Positions 24,001 through 35,479 are shown, counted from the first letter of the stretch. The stretch is DNA of 64,000 bases from Nemertoderma westbladi (GCA_032718475.1 JAUCBJ010005355.1:8333-72332); one strand, 5' to 3'. Notes: generated by a model from the letters alone, not told the origin. A program made the numbers and translations.

Positions 24001-25781
24001 ACAGAAGTGACTTTGGGAACAACAGGCCTAATTATTTCAGGTTCATCGACTATAGTAGGGAGTCTTTTGACCTGGATAAATTGTTCTATGGGTTCTGCAC
24101 TACCTAAGTCTGTGCTAGTTAGCTGTCTTTTAACAGCTGGGGGCAAATCAGGCAATTTGCGACGGTAATATGTTTTTCTACGCCTACTTAGATGAGATCT
24201 ATTTCCTCCGCCTTCAGGATCGGTAGTATCGCCTTCCTCCGAGGATGTGTATCCTTGGCGCTTGGGAGTAGATTTTCTCATCATCTGCATTTGATTAGCA
24301 GTAAACTGTTTATTTATACTGTCTTGTGTCTCTTGCAGATTTTCCAACTCCAGTTGGATAGTCTGCTCAGATGCTCTCCTTTCTGCTTCTGCCACTGCCT
24401 TTGCTGCTTTTCTTTCTGCTTCTGCATCTGCCGCCGCTGCCTTTCTTTCTGCTTCTGCATCTGCCGCAGCCGCCGCCTTTGCTGCTTTTCTTTCTGCTTC
24501 TGCATCTGCCGCCGCTGCCTTTGCTGCTATTCTTTCGGCTTCTACTTCTGCCGCCGCTGCCTTTCTTTCTGCTTCTGCATCTGCTATAGCCGCCGCCATA
24601 GCCGCCGTTTTTTGTTCCTCTATCCTTCTTTTCTTGATTTGTTCTTCTCGGACTCTAGTGAGGCGGAGTTTTTCATCACATTCAGCTTGGTTTGCAGCTA
24701 ACATTTCGGCATCGATTGAGTCCAACACAAGCTTGGTTCCTTCACTATTAGGGGAAAGTCCAGACAGCCGTCTCCTCAACTCTTCGTCTCCTAGGAATCG
24801 CTGATAGTCGGACAAATAAATGTCGATAGCGTCTCTAGTTCGCGGTTTCTCGGCGGCCTCTTCGCTTTCCGCTTGAGGAAGGGTGACATCAGTTGGTTCT
24901 TCATAAGTTGATCTCTCAGCCAGCTGGGATTTCCACTGGGCCGTTTCCTGTACTTTGAGATCTACCCGATGTAGCCAAGTTTTGACAGCCACCTGCAGCG
25001 ACGTGTCCTGTCTTCTTTTGGAAGTTTCCTCAAAAGCTGAGAGGATTAGTCGTATGCGTAGGGTTCTTTCGCGTATTTGATATAGCAGTTCTTCCTGCTC
25101 TTGAGGTCCGTGAGGTTGTCGAAACAGTTGTCCTTCCAATCGATCCAAGGATCCGAAGAATCCCTGCACATATCCTGCTGCCGACCTCTTCCAAACAGCT
25201 GGATCCATTGTATCTTGTGCCACTCCCATCCTGTGTATATCTTCCCAAGTAGCCTCGGACAGATCCAACGGAAATCCGAGTCCGGGAAAGTTCCATTGTG
25301 ATTCAACAATAGATATCAATTCTTCCCTGGCGTATCCCGCGTAATTATCTTGGGTCGCGCGCTTATTCTTCGCCCAGTCGGCTTGATGTTCCTCCACCGC
25401 AATGAATATAGTAGTTAGCACTGCAGCAGGAAGAGTAAGAAGGGGGTCCGAGTAGACTGTATCAGACATCTGCACTCCATGTTCGGGAGTCAGCTCTACA
25501 GTATCCGAACTGCTGGAGCTATCGGGTCGCTGGGAAGTAGGTTCTTGACCAAGATGTTGCTGCGATAAGACAGCTGCCTCTTGGTCCCGTTTTACCTGTG
25601 CCCGAGTGCCTATGATGGACCTATGGTGGACTAGCCTAGGGTCTGATACTACTGGAGGGATGACCTTTTTTACAGTAGGAGGTGAGCCGAACTCCTTTCT
25701 TATTCGCTCCACACTCCTATCTGAATCGCAGATAGTTGTGTCGATCAGACTGTCTGACAGGTTTTGCTGAGTGTCAGACAT
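21093..25781 (-). CDS. BEL/Pao Gag-protease polyprotein with in-frame deletions of RT and most of RNase H/integrase
   Basis: DUF1759-like KFNGDEMKWLPF...EKLRFLIKCLEG; three Cys/His knuckles (CALCDGPHRLSAC, CYNCLRSGHQRRTC, CAKCGAKHHILLH); aspartic protease ALLDSGS, ILIGQN, RTRVGW; RNase H tail QWRHCLGTINPADIASRG; integrase tail RPASRLCLLE. Confidence 0.93.
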   Translation of the reverse strand: MSDTQQNLSDSLIDTTICDSDRSVERIRKEFGSPPTVKKVIPPVVSDPRLVHHRSIIGTRAQVKRDQEAAVLSQQHLGQEPTSQRPDSSSSSDTVELTPEHGVQMSDTVYSDPLLTLPAAVLTTIFIAVEEHQADWAKNKRATQDNYAGYAREELISIVESQWNFPGLGFPLDLSEATWEDIHRMGVAQDTMDPAVWKRSAAGYVQGFFGSLDRLEGQLFRQPHGPQEQEELLYQIRERTLRIRLILSAFEETSKRRQDTSLQVAVKTWLHRVDLKVQETAQWKSQLAERSTYEEPTDVTLPQAESEEAAEKPRTRDAIDIYLSDYQRFLGDEELRRRLSGLSPNSEGTKLVLDSIDAEMLAANQAECDEKLRLTRVREEQIKKRRIEEQKTAAMAAAIADAEAERKAAAAEVEAERIAAKAAAADAEAERKAAKAAAAADAEAERKAAAADAEAERKAAKAVAEAERRASEQTIQLELENLQETQDSINKQFTANQMQMMRKSTPKRQGYTSSEEGDTTDPEGGGNRSHLSRRRKTYYRRKLPDLPPAVKRQLTSTDLGSAEPIEQFIQVKRLPTIVDEPEIIRPVVPKVTSVLETPTLQELNSKFPLHSTTLPVPGGTVHANTPVQIAEREINNLSPVVPRQPATMLATPASAVEWVEEGRRGMNLLLGQMQETVHQLKGTVREGRAELQEVQQSIALERDKLVNIQKGIPMPPVTLCQPVRSEVLHAQGVEPTRIYTASEVETPIANPIKGDYKPVVNDIPYRPDNDPRNLYTDNSILNNTMAQESFTRQMARTEARQAVKVGEIVKFNGDEMKWLPFNEYYKDSIQNSVLSNGEKLRFLIKCLEGPPKLMALKFIGHPDGLRQVWDTLNIRYGNKDNIAKYLYAKLVAPRHFLSSEIIEFSDEIQEICRQLDWLGKSHEYQSSMVIGAVVSTLPKGGVCTRWDKKVLYMNEQQRRSPTMADLMSFLDSEVKLQLIRQSREKTSENKVSEKPVSRRRIIPVCYTDDGESQASQEEDSGKDTAKSYYDNKTYKDVSKYKSRTSDRREQVTTTPPTSPKRIHGRKPEERTRVHNVNQVKVSNIKPKCALCDGPHRLSACAEFLKKSPVDRRTVLWNKRLCYNCLRSGHQRRTCYSDVKCAKCGAKHHILLHSEFERDNPSQVSEPELHVQFSDVNDTDQGSEWEGFYTDEFSDANESCYLINTTVYRALTDEKDTDEFTPTPFDKQPSWKVPTSNIGIREFPVVQVRVHGPNKSYIVNALLDSGSTGTFIDQELAEDIFAGQPKFRTKLNMSGIMQVWKSTLTADYYVGVLSTPQDKLGTQGIRSVKMVAIKNFATTQAEPYNWDEDECIQHLEIPRFQTDYPGVQILIGQNAHEALEPLEKRPAQPQPLQTYAVRTRVGWYFTGPSRRTLKERLPQQQVYQVKGEVESSDVDDPTEGTPYSSDNDDINSNVDQWRHCLGTINPADIASRGATPQELIDTPGWLGGSDFLSKEEEEWPPHLTTAESRQAKGAEKLTQPLNRPASRLCLLERDRKLSGNYGRQDTLPTTTSLIRQISRDSIT

Positions 25782-27129
25782 GTTTAGTTATACAGTTGAA
25801 TGTCTACTACTATAGTTTCAGTTAAAGCAAGTCTAGTAATTCAGTATGACCGCAAGCCTAGCGATTTATTACCGGTACCGTTACTCGGTGTAACGTGATA
25901 TATACACAATATATTAGAATACCGGTATGCTTATAATATACAAGTATTATTACAGACTAGATTTGTCACAGAGTACCGGTATATAATTTTAGCACAAATA
26001 TATATATATATATAGTAGGCCTATAATGAATACCGGTATACAGCTTACACTTACAGCATGTAAGTATAATTATGAACTAGAATTAATGACAGAGTACCGG
26101 TATGATTTCAGCTCAAATTTATAGAGATAAATATAATAAGCCTATGGTAAATACCGGTATGTCAATTATCAATTATTTTAGAATAATTGAATTTCTGAAT
26201 ATTTTAGGGTTACTTAGTTACTTTAACTTACTTTATTACCGTTATTTAAGCAGTAGTCCAACTGATATTGAGACCTAGTTGTTGTCTGGCAGGCCTACTA
26301 TTTATAAATCGTTTGAGTTGATTTATAATAGATATATACCCGTTTAAATGGGTTTTTGTCAATATTTGAAATAAATGTTATTATTTCTGGGGGAGTCACT
26401 ACACAGAAGCTGTGCGCTCTCCGTGAAGTGCTATTTATTTGACACTAAAACTGATAATTCTAATTTACCTAAGTTACTTAATACTACAAATTACTTACTA
26501 TACTGGTGAGATTAATTCTCTAATTAAACACAACAAAATATTACGTACGAAATTTTTAGGGTAATTTTACAGGAAGTCTACAAACCAGCCTAACAAAGGG
26601 TTAGAATTCTGGTTATTACAACTGACAGGGTACTACGGTATTTGAAATAATAAGTAGTAGTAAATATATTGTACTGTCCAGATAGGAAAATACCACCGCC
26701 TGACGACCTATAACCGTATCGCTATAGGTACTACGTTATGTATCACGGATTGTTCCTACCCAGAAGTTAATAGAGCTAACGAATGTGCCTATCAACCACT
26801 TTACAACACAAATATACTGCCTACACTAATTACTTCGGAAAGCACTGTACACTAAACCCTAAATTAGGTACAAGTACCGGTATAACAAATAATCAGTAGT
26901 TAAATATACTTGAACAGTTAAAAGAACCACGGCATCTGCTGGAGTGACCGAAGCACAAAGTCGTCAGTCTTTACCTACGCCAAGCAGCCCTGATGTAGTA
27001 CCGGGGTTAGTTTAACTATAACGGTATGTATAACAAGCACAATTACTGTAGGAATAAACTTGGGGACATGAATGTTGCGAATAATCGCATAAACTCTGAA
27101 TAATAAATATTACGCTACCCGTACAGAAT

Positions 27130-27680
27130 ACTCAAACAAATACAAACCAAACGCTGGCAGACTACTATTAAGCCTAAACAAACTACAGTATGTGCAGATT
27201 CTGAAACTGTTAGTTAGTATGCGTTCTAACACGGTAGTACGACTTACTCTTTAAGAGGGGATTGACCTTACCGCTTATGGCTGCCCCAACTTACTAACGG
27301 CACTTGATCAGACCAACTCTACACACGCAGCAATCCCTTCAGACCCAAAAATAGCCAGACAACAATCCAGCCTACAAATATTTGAGTAATAACTATTACG
27401 GTACCTGAACAGACCACACAAACAAACACAGGCTAAAACACTGGCAGACTACGATCAAGCCTAAATAAACTACAGTATATGCAGACTCTGAAACTGTTAG
27501 TTAGTATGCGTTCTAACACGGTAGTACGACTTATTCTTTAAGAGGGGATTCACCTTACCGCATATGGCTGCCCCAACTTACTAACGGCACTTTATCAGAC
27601 AAACTCTACACACGCCGTAATCTCTCCAAACTCAACAACAGTCAGACAGCAGTTCAGCCTACAATTATCTGAACAATCTG
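27130..27680. repeat. ~287-bp tandem duplication in the LTR element's 5' untranslated region
   Basis: ctgaaactgttagttagtatgcgttctaacacggtagtacgactta at 27201 and 27488, with homologous flanks. Confidence 0.85.
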
Positions 27681-27967
27681 AGCAGACTTACACGTCTTCA
27701 GCTCAATATTAACTTACTAGGAAATAAAACCGACAGAAATAAGTAAGCTCCAAAAGAAACAAGGGGTGTACAGTCCCTAATCTCTTAAACAGCCTACCGG
27801 TATACAATAATCAAAATCGAATAATACTAAATGTACTTGTACAGCAGTACCGGTACCGGTGATGACAGTTAGGCCTACTGACCTACAGAAGCACCGGTTC
27901 AGTTTTACCAGTCACTACGGTATTTTGCAACCTTATTGCCTACTGCAATAAGATTATAAACTGTTAC

Positions 27968-29217
27968 TGTTCGCGCTTTTGAAGACCTTTAGCAGTTTAA
28001 CCTGCCAAAATTTATATGTCTTTTAGTTAATTAAAACCACTTTAGCATACGACAATATTTTATGCTAATACGCAAAACATTAGCCGAAGTCAGCCCATGC
28101 GCGATCATTCACCCGATGGATCTACACCCGGGAGGCTGAATTCGGATGCTTAAATTGTATTATTGCAGTGTAAGGTTGCAGTGTATACCTACTGTATTAT
28201 TCGATAGATCGTTAATAATTAATCTCTGACAGATATTATTGGCTTTCGGGAAATATTAACAGTTCCTTTAGGACGTGGCGCTTTATCTATTTAAACAGAA
28301 CTAAGACTTATACTAAAACGCAACGATACTGCTTATGATTGAAGTATAAAGCGTATTCTTTAGGAAATACTTTGTTACCAATCACAATCATACACACTAT
28401 TCTGCCGACAGTCAGTATATTTGATCACACATAAAGAGAGCAGCAATTGACTCACGTAGGGTCTGCTAAATAACATTGGATTCAATACACACCACATTAA
28501 TATAAATCGCAATTGTTATGTATAGCCGGTCTCTCTAACCTGTAGTGTATCAAGAAAATTGGGAATTTGGGTGATTTATCCGTATTATCCAAAGAGCAAT
28601 ATTTCCATCAACAAATAGGTACAATTAATAACTGACGGTAAAATAACAGTACAAACAATATGATTAATGCAATTAAATTAAGTGAGTATTTTAATTAGTG
28701 AGATTAGATTTGATGAGTTAAGGTAACAGTTTATACTTTCGATAATTTAAGCAGTTTTACTAGAGTTCTTCCCAAAAGGCCGGTGTTTCTGGCTTAGACA
28801 GCAATAACAACAAAGTATCAAGTAAAAACAGTAAGACTGAACACTCTCCTTATGATCGGCCGAAAAGCTACACGTCGACAGGAAAAATCGCTCTGATTGG
28901 CTCAAGCCAAACAAAGAACCATGCGTCCAATGGCTGTTTCCATGTCAGCAACCAGCTGTTAGATGTCGTAATATGAATCATCACGGCTAAGCTGTGAAAG
29001 GTAGTTGGTACATTGCAGGTTTTTTGTCTTACCATGTCCGCCAAAACACGTATATAGCAGAATGACTTTTATGTCCGTTAAAACACCTGTAACGGTACCT
29101 TGCGGGCGAGGGGAATATATATACAGTTAGAGAACCTTTTTAGAGTATTCCAGCGCCTGGGGGGAAACTGGATTGCGAAGCAAAAGGGGCCAGTTATATC
29201 CCACAGAAGCTTTTACA
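27968..29217 (-). repeat. 5' LTR
   Basis: Direct repeat of 16695-17943 with TG...CA ends. Confidence 0.95.
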
Positions 29218-29395
29218 CCAGCCAGGGCGCATCTCTGCCTTGCATCCTTTAAGTGGTAGCTAAATGAGTATTGGAGTTTCCTCTGGGGGTTCGCAAGTTC
29301 TGGGGGGACCGCACTGGAAATAAGTCGTCAGACTTTGTGCGTAATCCCTGGCCTAGTGGCCGAAGAAAATTTACTTTTTTTTTACTTTACTTTGC
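29218..29395 (+). mobile_element. SINE-like fragment (central domain and ttac-type tail)
   Basis: gccttgcatcctttaagtggtagctaaatgagta resembles the cores at 11291 and 40255; ends in tttac repeats. Confidence 0.45.
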
Positions 29396-29419
29396 CAGTA
29401 AAATTATTTATGTATAGTA

Positions 29420-31376
29420 CTAGAAAGCCAGTGGCCCTTCGGGCCACGGCTTTCTAGTTCACAAGCCTATTCACCATTCCAAACACTAATTAATTAATTA
29501 AATTAACAAAACTTCATATGATTGAGAGTGTTCTCTCAAACAAAAGGACTGATGCTGTTTTACTTTTCAGATATCTACACTGGTCAACGTCCTTCACATA
29601 GATGCAGCCTTATGATGTAGTACAGTAGACCTCTGACAATTATCAGCGTAAAAGTATTTTTAATAAATAAATGTGAGAATGTTTTTACTTTTCAGATTCA
29701 GATATTTCGCACCCTAGCAGTAGACTGGAAATCCGGAGACTGGTTAGCGTCCTCCCCATACAAACAGCCTATGGTCAAGCATACCTTTCCCAAGTATAAG
29801 CAAAAAAGCATTAGAAACAACGAAATGGGAGAAGGATTTCACTTGAGACATTTCACCCTCTAGCGGCAGACTGAGAAATTGCAGATTAGTCAGAGTTTTC
29901 CACAAACACTCAGTCTGACAATTATCAGCCTAAAAGCATTAGAAACAACGAAACGGGATAAGGTTTTCACTTTCAGACATTTCGCCCCCTAGCGGCCGAA
30001 TGGATAACTGCAGTTTGTTCGGCGTCTTACCTAGACACACACCCTGTGGTGTACTATACATCTGGCAAGTGTCAGCCTGAAAGCATATTAATAACGAAAT
30101 GGGATAAGGTTTTCACTTTCCGACATTTGGCCCCTTATCGGTAGACTGGATAAATGCAGACTGCTTCTAGCTCCTCCCCAAACACACAGTCTATTGTGTA
30201 GTAGACCTCTGTCGAGTATCAGCAAAAAAGCATTATAAACAATGAAATGCATAAAGGTTTTCACTTTCAGACATTGCGCCCCCTAGCGGCAGACAGAGCT
30301 ATTGCAAATTGGTCTTAGTTCTCCACAACCACGCAGTCTTTGATGTAGTAGACCTCTGACAAGTTTCAGCCTAAAAACATTATAAACATCAAAATGGGAT
30401 AAGGTTTTCACGTTCAGACATTTCGCCCCCTAGCGGCCAAATGGAGAACTGCAGTTTGTTCGGCGTCTTACCTAGACACACACCCTATGGTGTAATACAC
30501 ATCTGCCAAGTGTCAGCCTAAAAGCATTATTAATAACGAAATGGGATAAGGTTTTCACTTTCAGACATTTGGCCCCTTATCGGTAGACTGGATAAATGCA
30601 GACTGCTTCTAGCTCCTCCCCACACACACAGTCTTGGTGTAGTAGACCTCTGCCAAGTATCAGCAAAAAAGCAGTATAAACAACGAAATGGGTGACGGTT
30701 TTCACTTTCAGACATTGCGCCCCCTACCGGCAGACAGAGGAATTGCAGATTATTCAGAGTTCTCTACAAACACGCAGTCTATGGTGTAGTCGACTTATGC
30801 CAAGTATCAGCAAAAAAGCATTATAAACAACGAAATGGGATAAGGTTTTCACTTTCAGATATTGCTCCCCCTAGCGGCAGACTGGGGAATTGCAGATTGG
30901 TCAGCATCCTCCGAAAACACACAGCCTATGGTGTAGTAGACCTCTGCCACGTATCAGCTAAAAGGCATTAATAATAACGAAATGGGAGAAGGTTTTCGGT
31001 TTCTGACATTTCGCCCCCTGGCGGCAGACTGGAGAACTGCAGATTGATCAGTGTCTTCCCAAACACACAGTCTATGGTCAGGAACGTATCTGCAAAGTAT
31101 CATTTAGAACAGATTGAGTCTGATGGTGCAACCGCTGTTATATAGTTTCCTACAGAATGAACTGCTAGGCCTACTGCGCTACCGGTACCAAATTCACGAA
31201 ATCTGCATTCACGCAAACAAACGCGTAAAATAAGACTCGAGATAGCGACAGTGCACGTGCTCGTGACGAGAGCTTTCGTTCGATGTATCGCGAGCTCAGA
31301 TTGGTGCTTGTGTGTAGAAACGTATAGCTTGGACAGACAAACAGACAGACAGACACATGATATTTATATATATAGA
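29420..31376 (-). mobile_element. Non-autonomous Helitron, copy 1 of a tandem pair
   Basis: On the minus strand: 5' TCTATATATATAAAT, 3' hairpin gtggcccgaagggccac then CTAG followed by T; internal ~147-bp repeats; lacks ~190 bp present in copy 2. Confidence 0.9.
29640..31100. repeat. ~147-bp diverged tandem repeats (~10) inside Helitron copy 1
   Basis: Recurrent gggataaggttttcactttcagacatt-cgccccctagcggc at 146-147 bp spacing. Confidence 0.9.
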
Positions 31377-33763
31377 CTAGAAAGCCAGTGGCCCTTCGGG
31401 CCACGGCTTTCTAGTTCACAAGCCTATTCACCATTCCAAACATTAATTAATTAATTAACTTAACAAAACTTCATATGATTGAGAGTGTTCTCTCAAACAA
31501 AAGGACTGATGCTGTTTTACTTTTCAGATATCTACACTGGTCAACGTCCTTCACATAGATGTAGCCTTATGATGTAGTACAGTAGACCTCTGACAATTAT
31601 CAGCGTAAAAGCATTTTTAATAAATAAATGTGAGAATGTTTGTAGTTTTCAGATTCAGATTTTTCGCACCCTAGCAGTAGACTGGAAATCCGCAGACTGG
31701 TTAGGGTCCTCCCCATACAAACATCCTATGGTCAAGCATGCCTTTCCCAAGTATAAGCAAAAAAGCATTAGAAACAATGAAATTGGAGAAGGATTTCACT
31801 TGAGACATTTCACCCTCTAGCGGCAGACTGAGAAATTGCAGATTGGTCAGAGTTTTCCACAAACACGCAGTCTATGGTGTAGTAGACATCTGACAAGTAT
31901 CAGCCTAAAAGCATTAGAAACATCGAAACGGGATAAGGTTTTCACTTTCAGACATTTCGCCCCCTAGCGGCCGAATGGAGAACTGCAGTTTGTTCGGCGT
32001 CTTACCTAGACACACCCTATGGTGTACTACACATCTGGCAAGTGTCAGCCTGAAATCATATTAATAATGAAATGGGATAAGGATTTCACTTTCAGACATT
32101 TTGCCCCCTAGCGGTAGACTGGATAAATGCAGACTGGTTCTAGCTCCTCCCCAAACACACAGTCTATGGTGTAGTAGACCTCTGCCAAGTATCAGCAAAA
32201 AAGCATTATAAACAATGAAATGCATAAAGGTTTTCACTTTCAGACATTGCGCCCCCTAGCGGCAGACAGAGCTATTGCAGATTGGTCTTAGTTCTCCACA
32301 AACACGCAGTCTTTGATGTAGTAGACCTCTGACAAGTATCAGCCTAAAAACATTATAAACATCAAAATGGAATAATGTTTTCACGTTCAGACATTTCGCC
32401 CCCTAGCGGCCGAATAGAGAACTGCAGGTTGTTCGGCGTCCTCTCCAGACACACACCCTATGGTGTAATACACATCTGCCAAGTGTCAGCCTAAAAGCAT
32501 TATTAATAACGAAATGGATAAGGTTTTTACTTTCAGACATTTGGCCCCCTAGCGGCAGACTGGAGAAATGCAGACTGGTTCTAGCTCCTCCCCAAACACG
32601 CAGTCTTGGTGTAGTAGACCTCTGCAAAGTATCAGCAAAAAAGCAGTATAAACAACGAAATGGGTGAAGGTTTTCACTTTCAGACATTGCGCCCCCTACC
32701 GTCAGACAGAGGAATTTCAGATTATTCAGAGTTATCTACAAACACGCAGTCTATGGTGTAGTCGACTTCTGACAAGTATCAGCCAAAAACATTATAAACA
32801 TCAACATGGGATAAGGTTTTCACGTTCAGACATTTCGCCCCCTAGCGGCCGTAAAGAGAACTGCAGGTTGTTCGGCGTTCGGGATAAGGTTTTCACTTTC
32901 AGATATTTCTCCCCCTAGCGGCAGACTGGGGAATTGCAGATTATTCAGAGTTCTCTACAAACACGCAGTCTATGGTGTAGTCGACTTCTGCCAAGTATCA
33001 GCAAAAAAGCATTATAAACAACGAAATGGGATAAGGTTTTCACTTTCAGATATTTCTCCCCCTAGTGGCAGACTGGGGAATTGCAGATTGGTCAGCATCC
33101 TCCGAAAACACACAGCCTATGGTGTAGTAGACCTTTGCCACGTATCAGCTAAAAGGCATTAATAATAACGAAATGGGAGAAGGTTTTCAGTTTCTGACAT
33201 TTCGCCCCCTAGCGGCAGACTGGAGAACTCCAGATTGATCAGTGTCTTCCCAAACACAAAGTCTATGGTCAGGAACGTATCTGCAAAGTATCATTTAGAA
33301 CAGATTGAGTCTGATGGTGCAACCGCTGTTATAGAGTTTCCTGCTGGTTGACAAATTTGGCTGAAAATGGTTATGGAATAATAGCCCAATTTGACCACAA
33401 ATACGCATTCACGCATAAATGATGCATAAAATTCGCCTCGATATAACGACGTTTCGCGTCCATGTACTCGGGGCAGTCTGCATCACGTAGATGCGCATCA
33501 AAAAGTAGCATAATAGTCGAGACTCAACATGTAGAGTGACAGAATGAACTGCTAGGCCTACTGCGCTACCGGTACCAAATTCACGAAATCTGCATTCACG
33601 CAAACAAACGCGTAAAATAAGACTCGAGATAGCGACAGTGCACGTGCTCGAGACGAGAGCTTTCATTCGATGTATCGCGAGCTCCGATTGGTGCTTGTGT
33701 GTAGAAACGTATAGCTTGGACAGACAAACAGACAGACAGACACATGAAATTTATATATATAGA
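31377..33763 (-). mobile_element. Non-autonomous Helitron, copy 2 of a tandem pair
   Basis: On the minus strand: A|TC at 33764/33763, same hairpin and CTAG at 31380-31377, joined directly to the TC of copy 1. Confidence 0.9.
31590..33290. repeat. ~147-bp diverged tandem repeats (~12) inside Helitron copy 2
   Basis: Same unit and a similar order of variants as in copy 1. Confidence 0.9.
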
Positions 33764-35479
33764 TAAACAGGAGTGTCTGATATCAGACACGTCTGATATC
33801 AGACGTGTCTGCAGACCTCAGACGGGTCTGAAATCCGTTAGTCTGAGTCACAGCTCAGACAATGGTCTGATATGAGACGGAGTATAAACGGTACCCTTCT
33901 CGGCAATGTCGATCCCCTCTGCGGTTATAAACTCCTATGGAACTCGAAGGGGTGTGACTGTGACTGTTGGCTGGGGATCCAGACCGATCAACTTTAATGT
34001 GGTGATGGCGCGTTTCCTACGCGTCGCCGCTGGGAATGTTGAATGGCCGTAGGCCTGATGAAAAAAAAAGAGTTTCTGGAGTTCAATAATGTTAATAGGC
34101 TCAACAGAATATAGTTTATCAGAGTATATAATGATTGCAGCACAATTAGATACATAATAATGGCGATGATGATGAAAACCTCTTCACCGTCCAACACTGA
34201 ATAAAATGCCAACTAAACCACATAATGCACGTGAACGTTAATAAAGGGGGAACATATTATATTGCCTATAGGCTAACACATTTCAGTGGCTTGTGATCGA
34301 TACACTCTAAACTGCAAGATGCAGTCCTCCCATTGGCTACCCTATCACGCCATAAACCTGCCTCCCTTTGGCCTTTGCTAGCCTTTACCCACTGAGGTGG
34401 ATTGATAACTCACCTCCCGGCTAGCCCTTTACATTATCCCTTTATTGGATACCTTGGGGGGAAATGCTTAATGGAATGGATCCGCTAACAAGGGGTGGGT
34501 AGTGTATCCTCATTTACATCCATATAGGATATGGCTCTCCCCATATACAGGATAGACAGTCTTACCATGTGGCTCGCCCCATATGTTGTTTGTGAAGTTA
34601 TACGCATTCGATTGCATAGAACATTATATTAAATCTATACATTCTATTCATTCTACATTATATTCTGTCGGTGTTTTGTATAAAAGCAGGTACAACTGCT
34701 CAGTATTGCTTACTGAAGTTACATAGGCTTATTATCGGTTTATTAAGTTCAGTTTGTTTCTATGCATTATTACATCATTGTGAAACCCCGATGCAAAAAA
34801 CGAGGATGGATCATCGAGACATGGAATATATGGCGACGCATCCTGGTCGAGATGGATGCCTATATCTGGATGAGGCAAGAGTTTCTTGTAGTGTAATTTA
34901 AACTCATCTTTGCACGGTTGAAGTTCAGACGTAGTGGCTAGTGATGCCGTATTGGAAACTACCCCTCCAGTCAATAGCACTCCGCATTTCTGCGTCATCC
35001 TTCATATAGCAACTGCGTCCACCAGTTGTGTGAGTCACCAGAACATACAGTTGTCGAGTCGACATGGGCGGGGTCCCACCGGTCAGCTGAAGATATCGCG
35101 GTCGACTCATTTGATTGGCTTATTACCCATAACCGGATTGCGCAATCTAGGAGCGAAATCACCATGATACCCAACTCTAACTGAATCCGTTTGTGTGCCA
35201 TCGAATATTTTTCCAGCATCTGGGAGACCTAGAATAACCAATTTCAAGCAAAAAATCTTGGAGGTTGTTGAAAAATCGTTGTTGGAACCACCCTTCCCCC
35301 GACTGACTAATTTGATGTGCAAGATGATTGAGATTGACCCCCTAATGTAGGAGCTGGTATGCCCAGTGTTTGTTAGTTTGGGCTATAATTGTAACCCCCG
35401 CCATCTCTCATCAGCCCTCGCAGCAAATACCACACCCTAGTTTACCGTTTACCCTTCCACATGGCGGGTGTTGCAGTGT

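Larger units (their letters stand above)
16695..29217 (-). mobile_element. Non-autonomous BEL/Pao LTR retrotransposon, 12.5 kb
   Basis: Two ~1250-bp direct repeats with TG...CA ends; internal minus-strand Gag-PR ORF with BEL/Pao motifs; short purine run gggagcgg before the 3' LTR on the minus strand. Confidence 0.95.

Noticed and set aside
16695-29217. DIRS/Ngaro (tyrosine recombinase) element, suggested by the missing TSD
   Set aside because: LTRs are simple direct TG...CA repeats, the protein motifs are BEL/Pao, and no tyrosine recombinase is visible.
29640-33290. CRISPR-like repeat-spacer appearance
   Set aside because: The intervening segments are homologous to each other rather than unique spacers; no cas genes; lies inside Helitron termini in eukaryotic DNA.
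34700-35340. Overlapping short ORFs, possibly a decayed retroelement C-terminus
   Set aside because: No diagnostic motif recognised; multiple stops.
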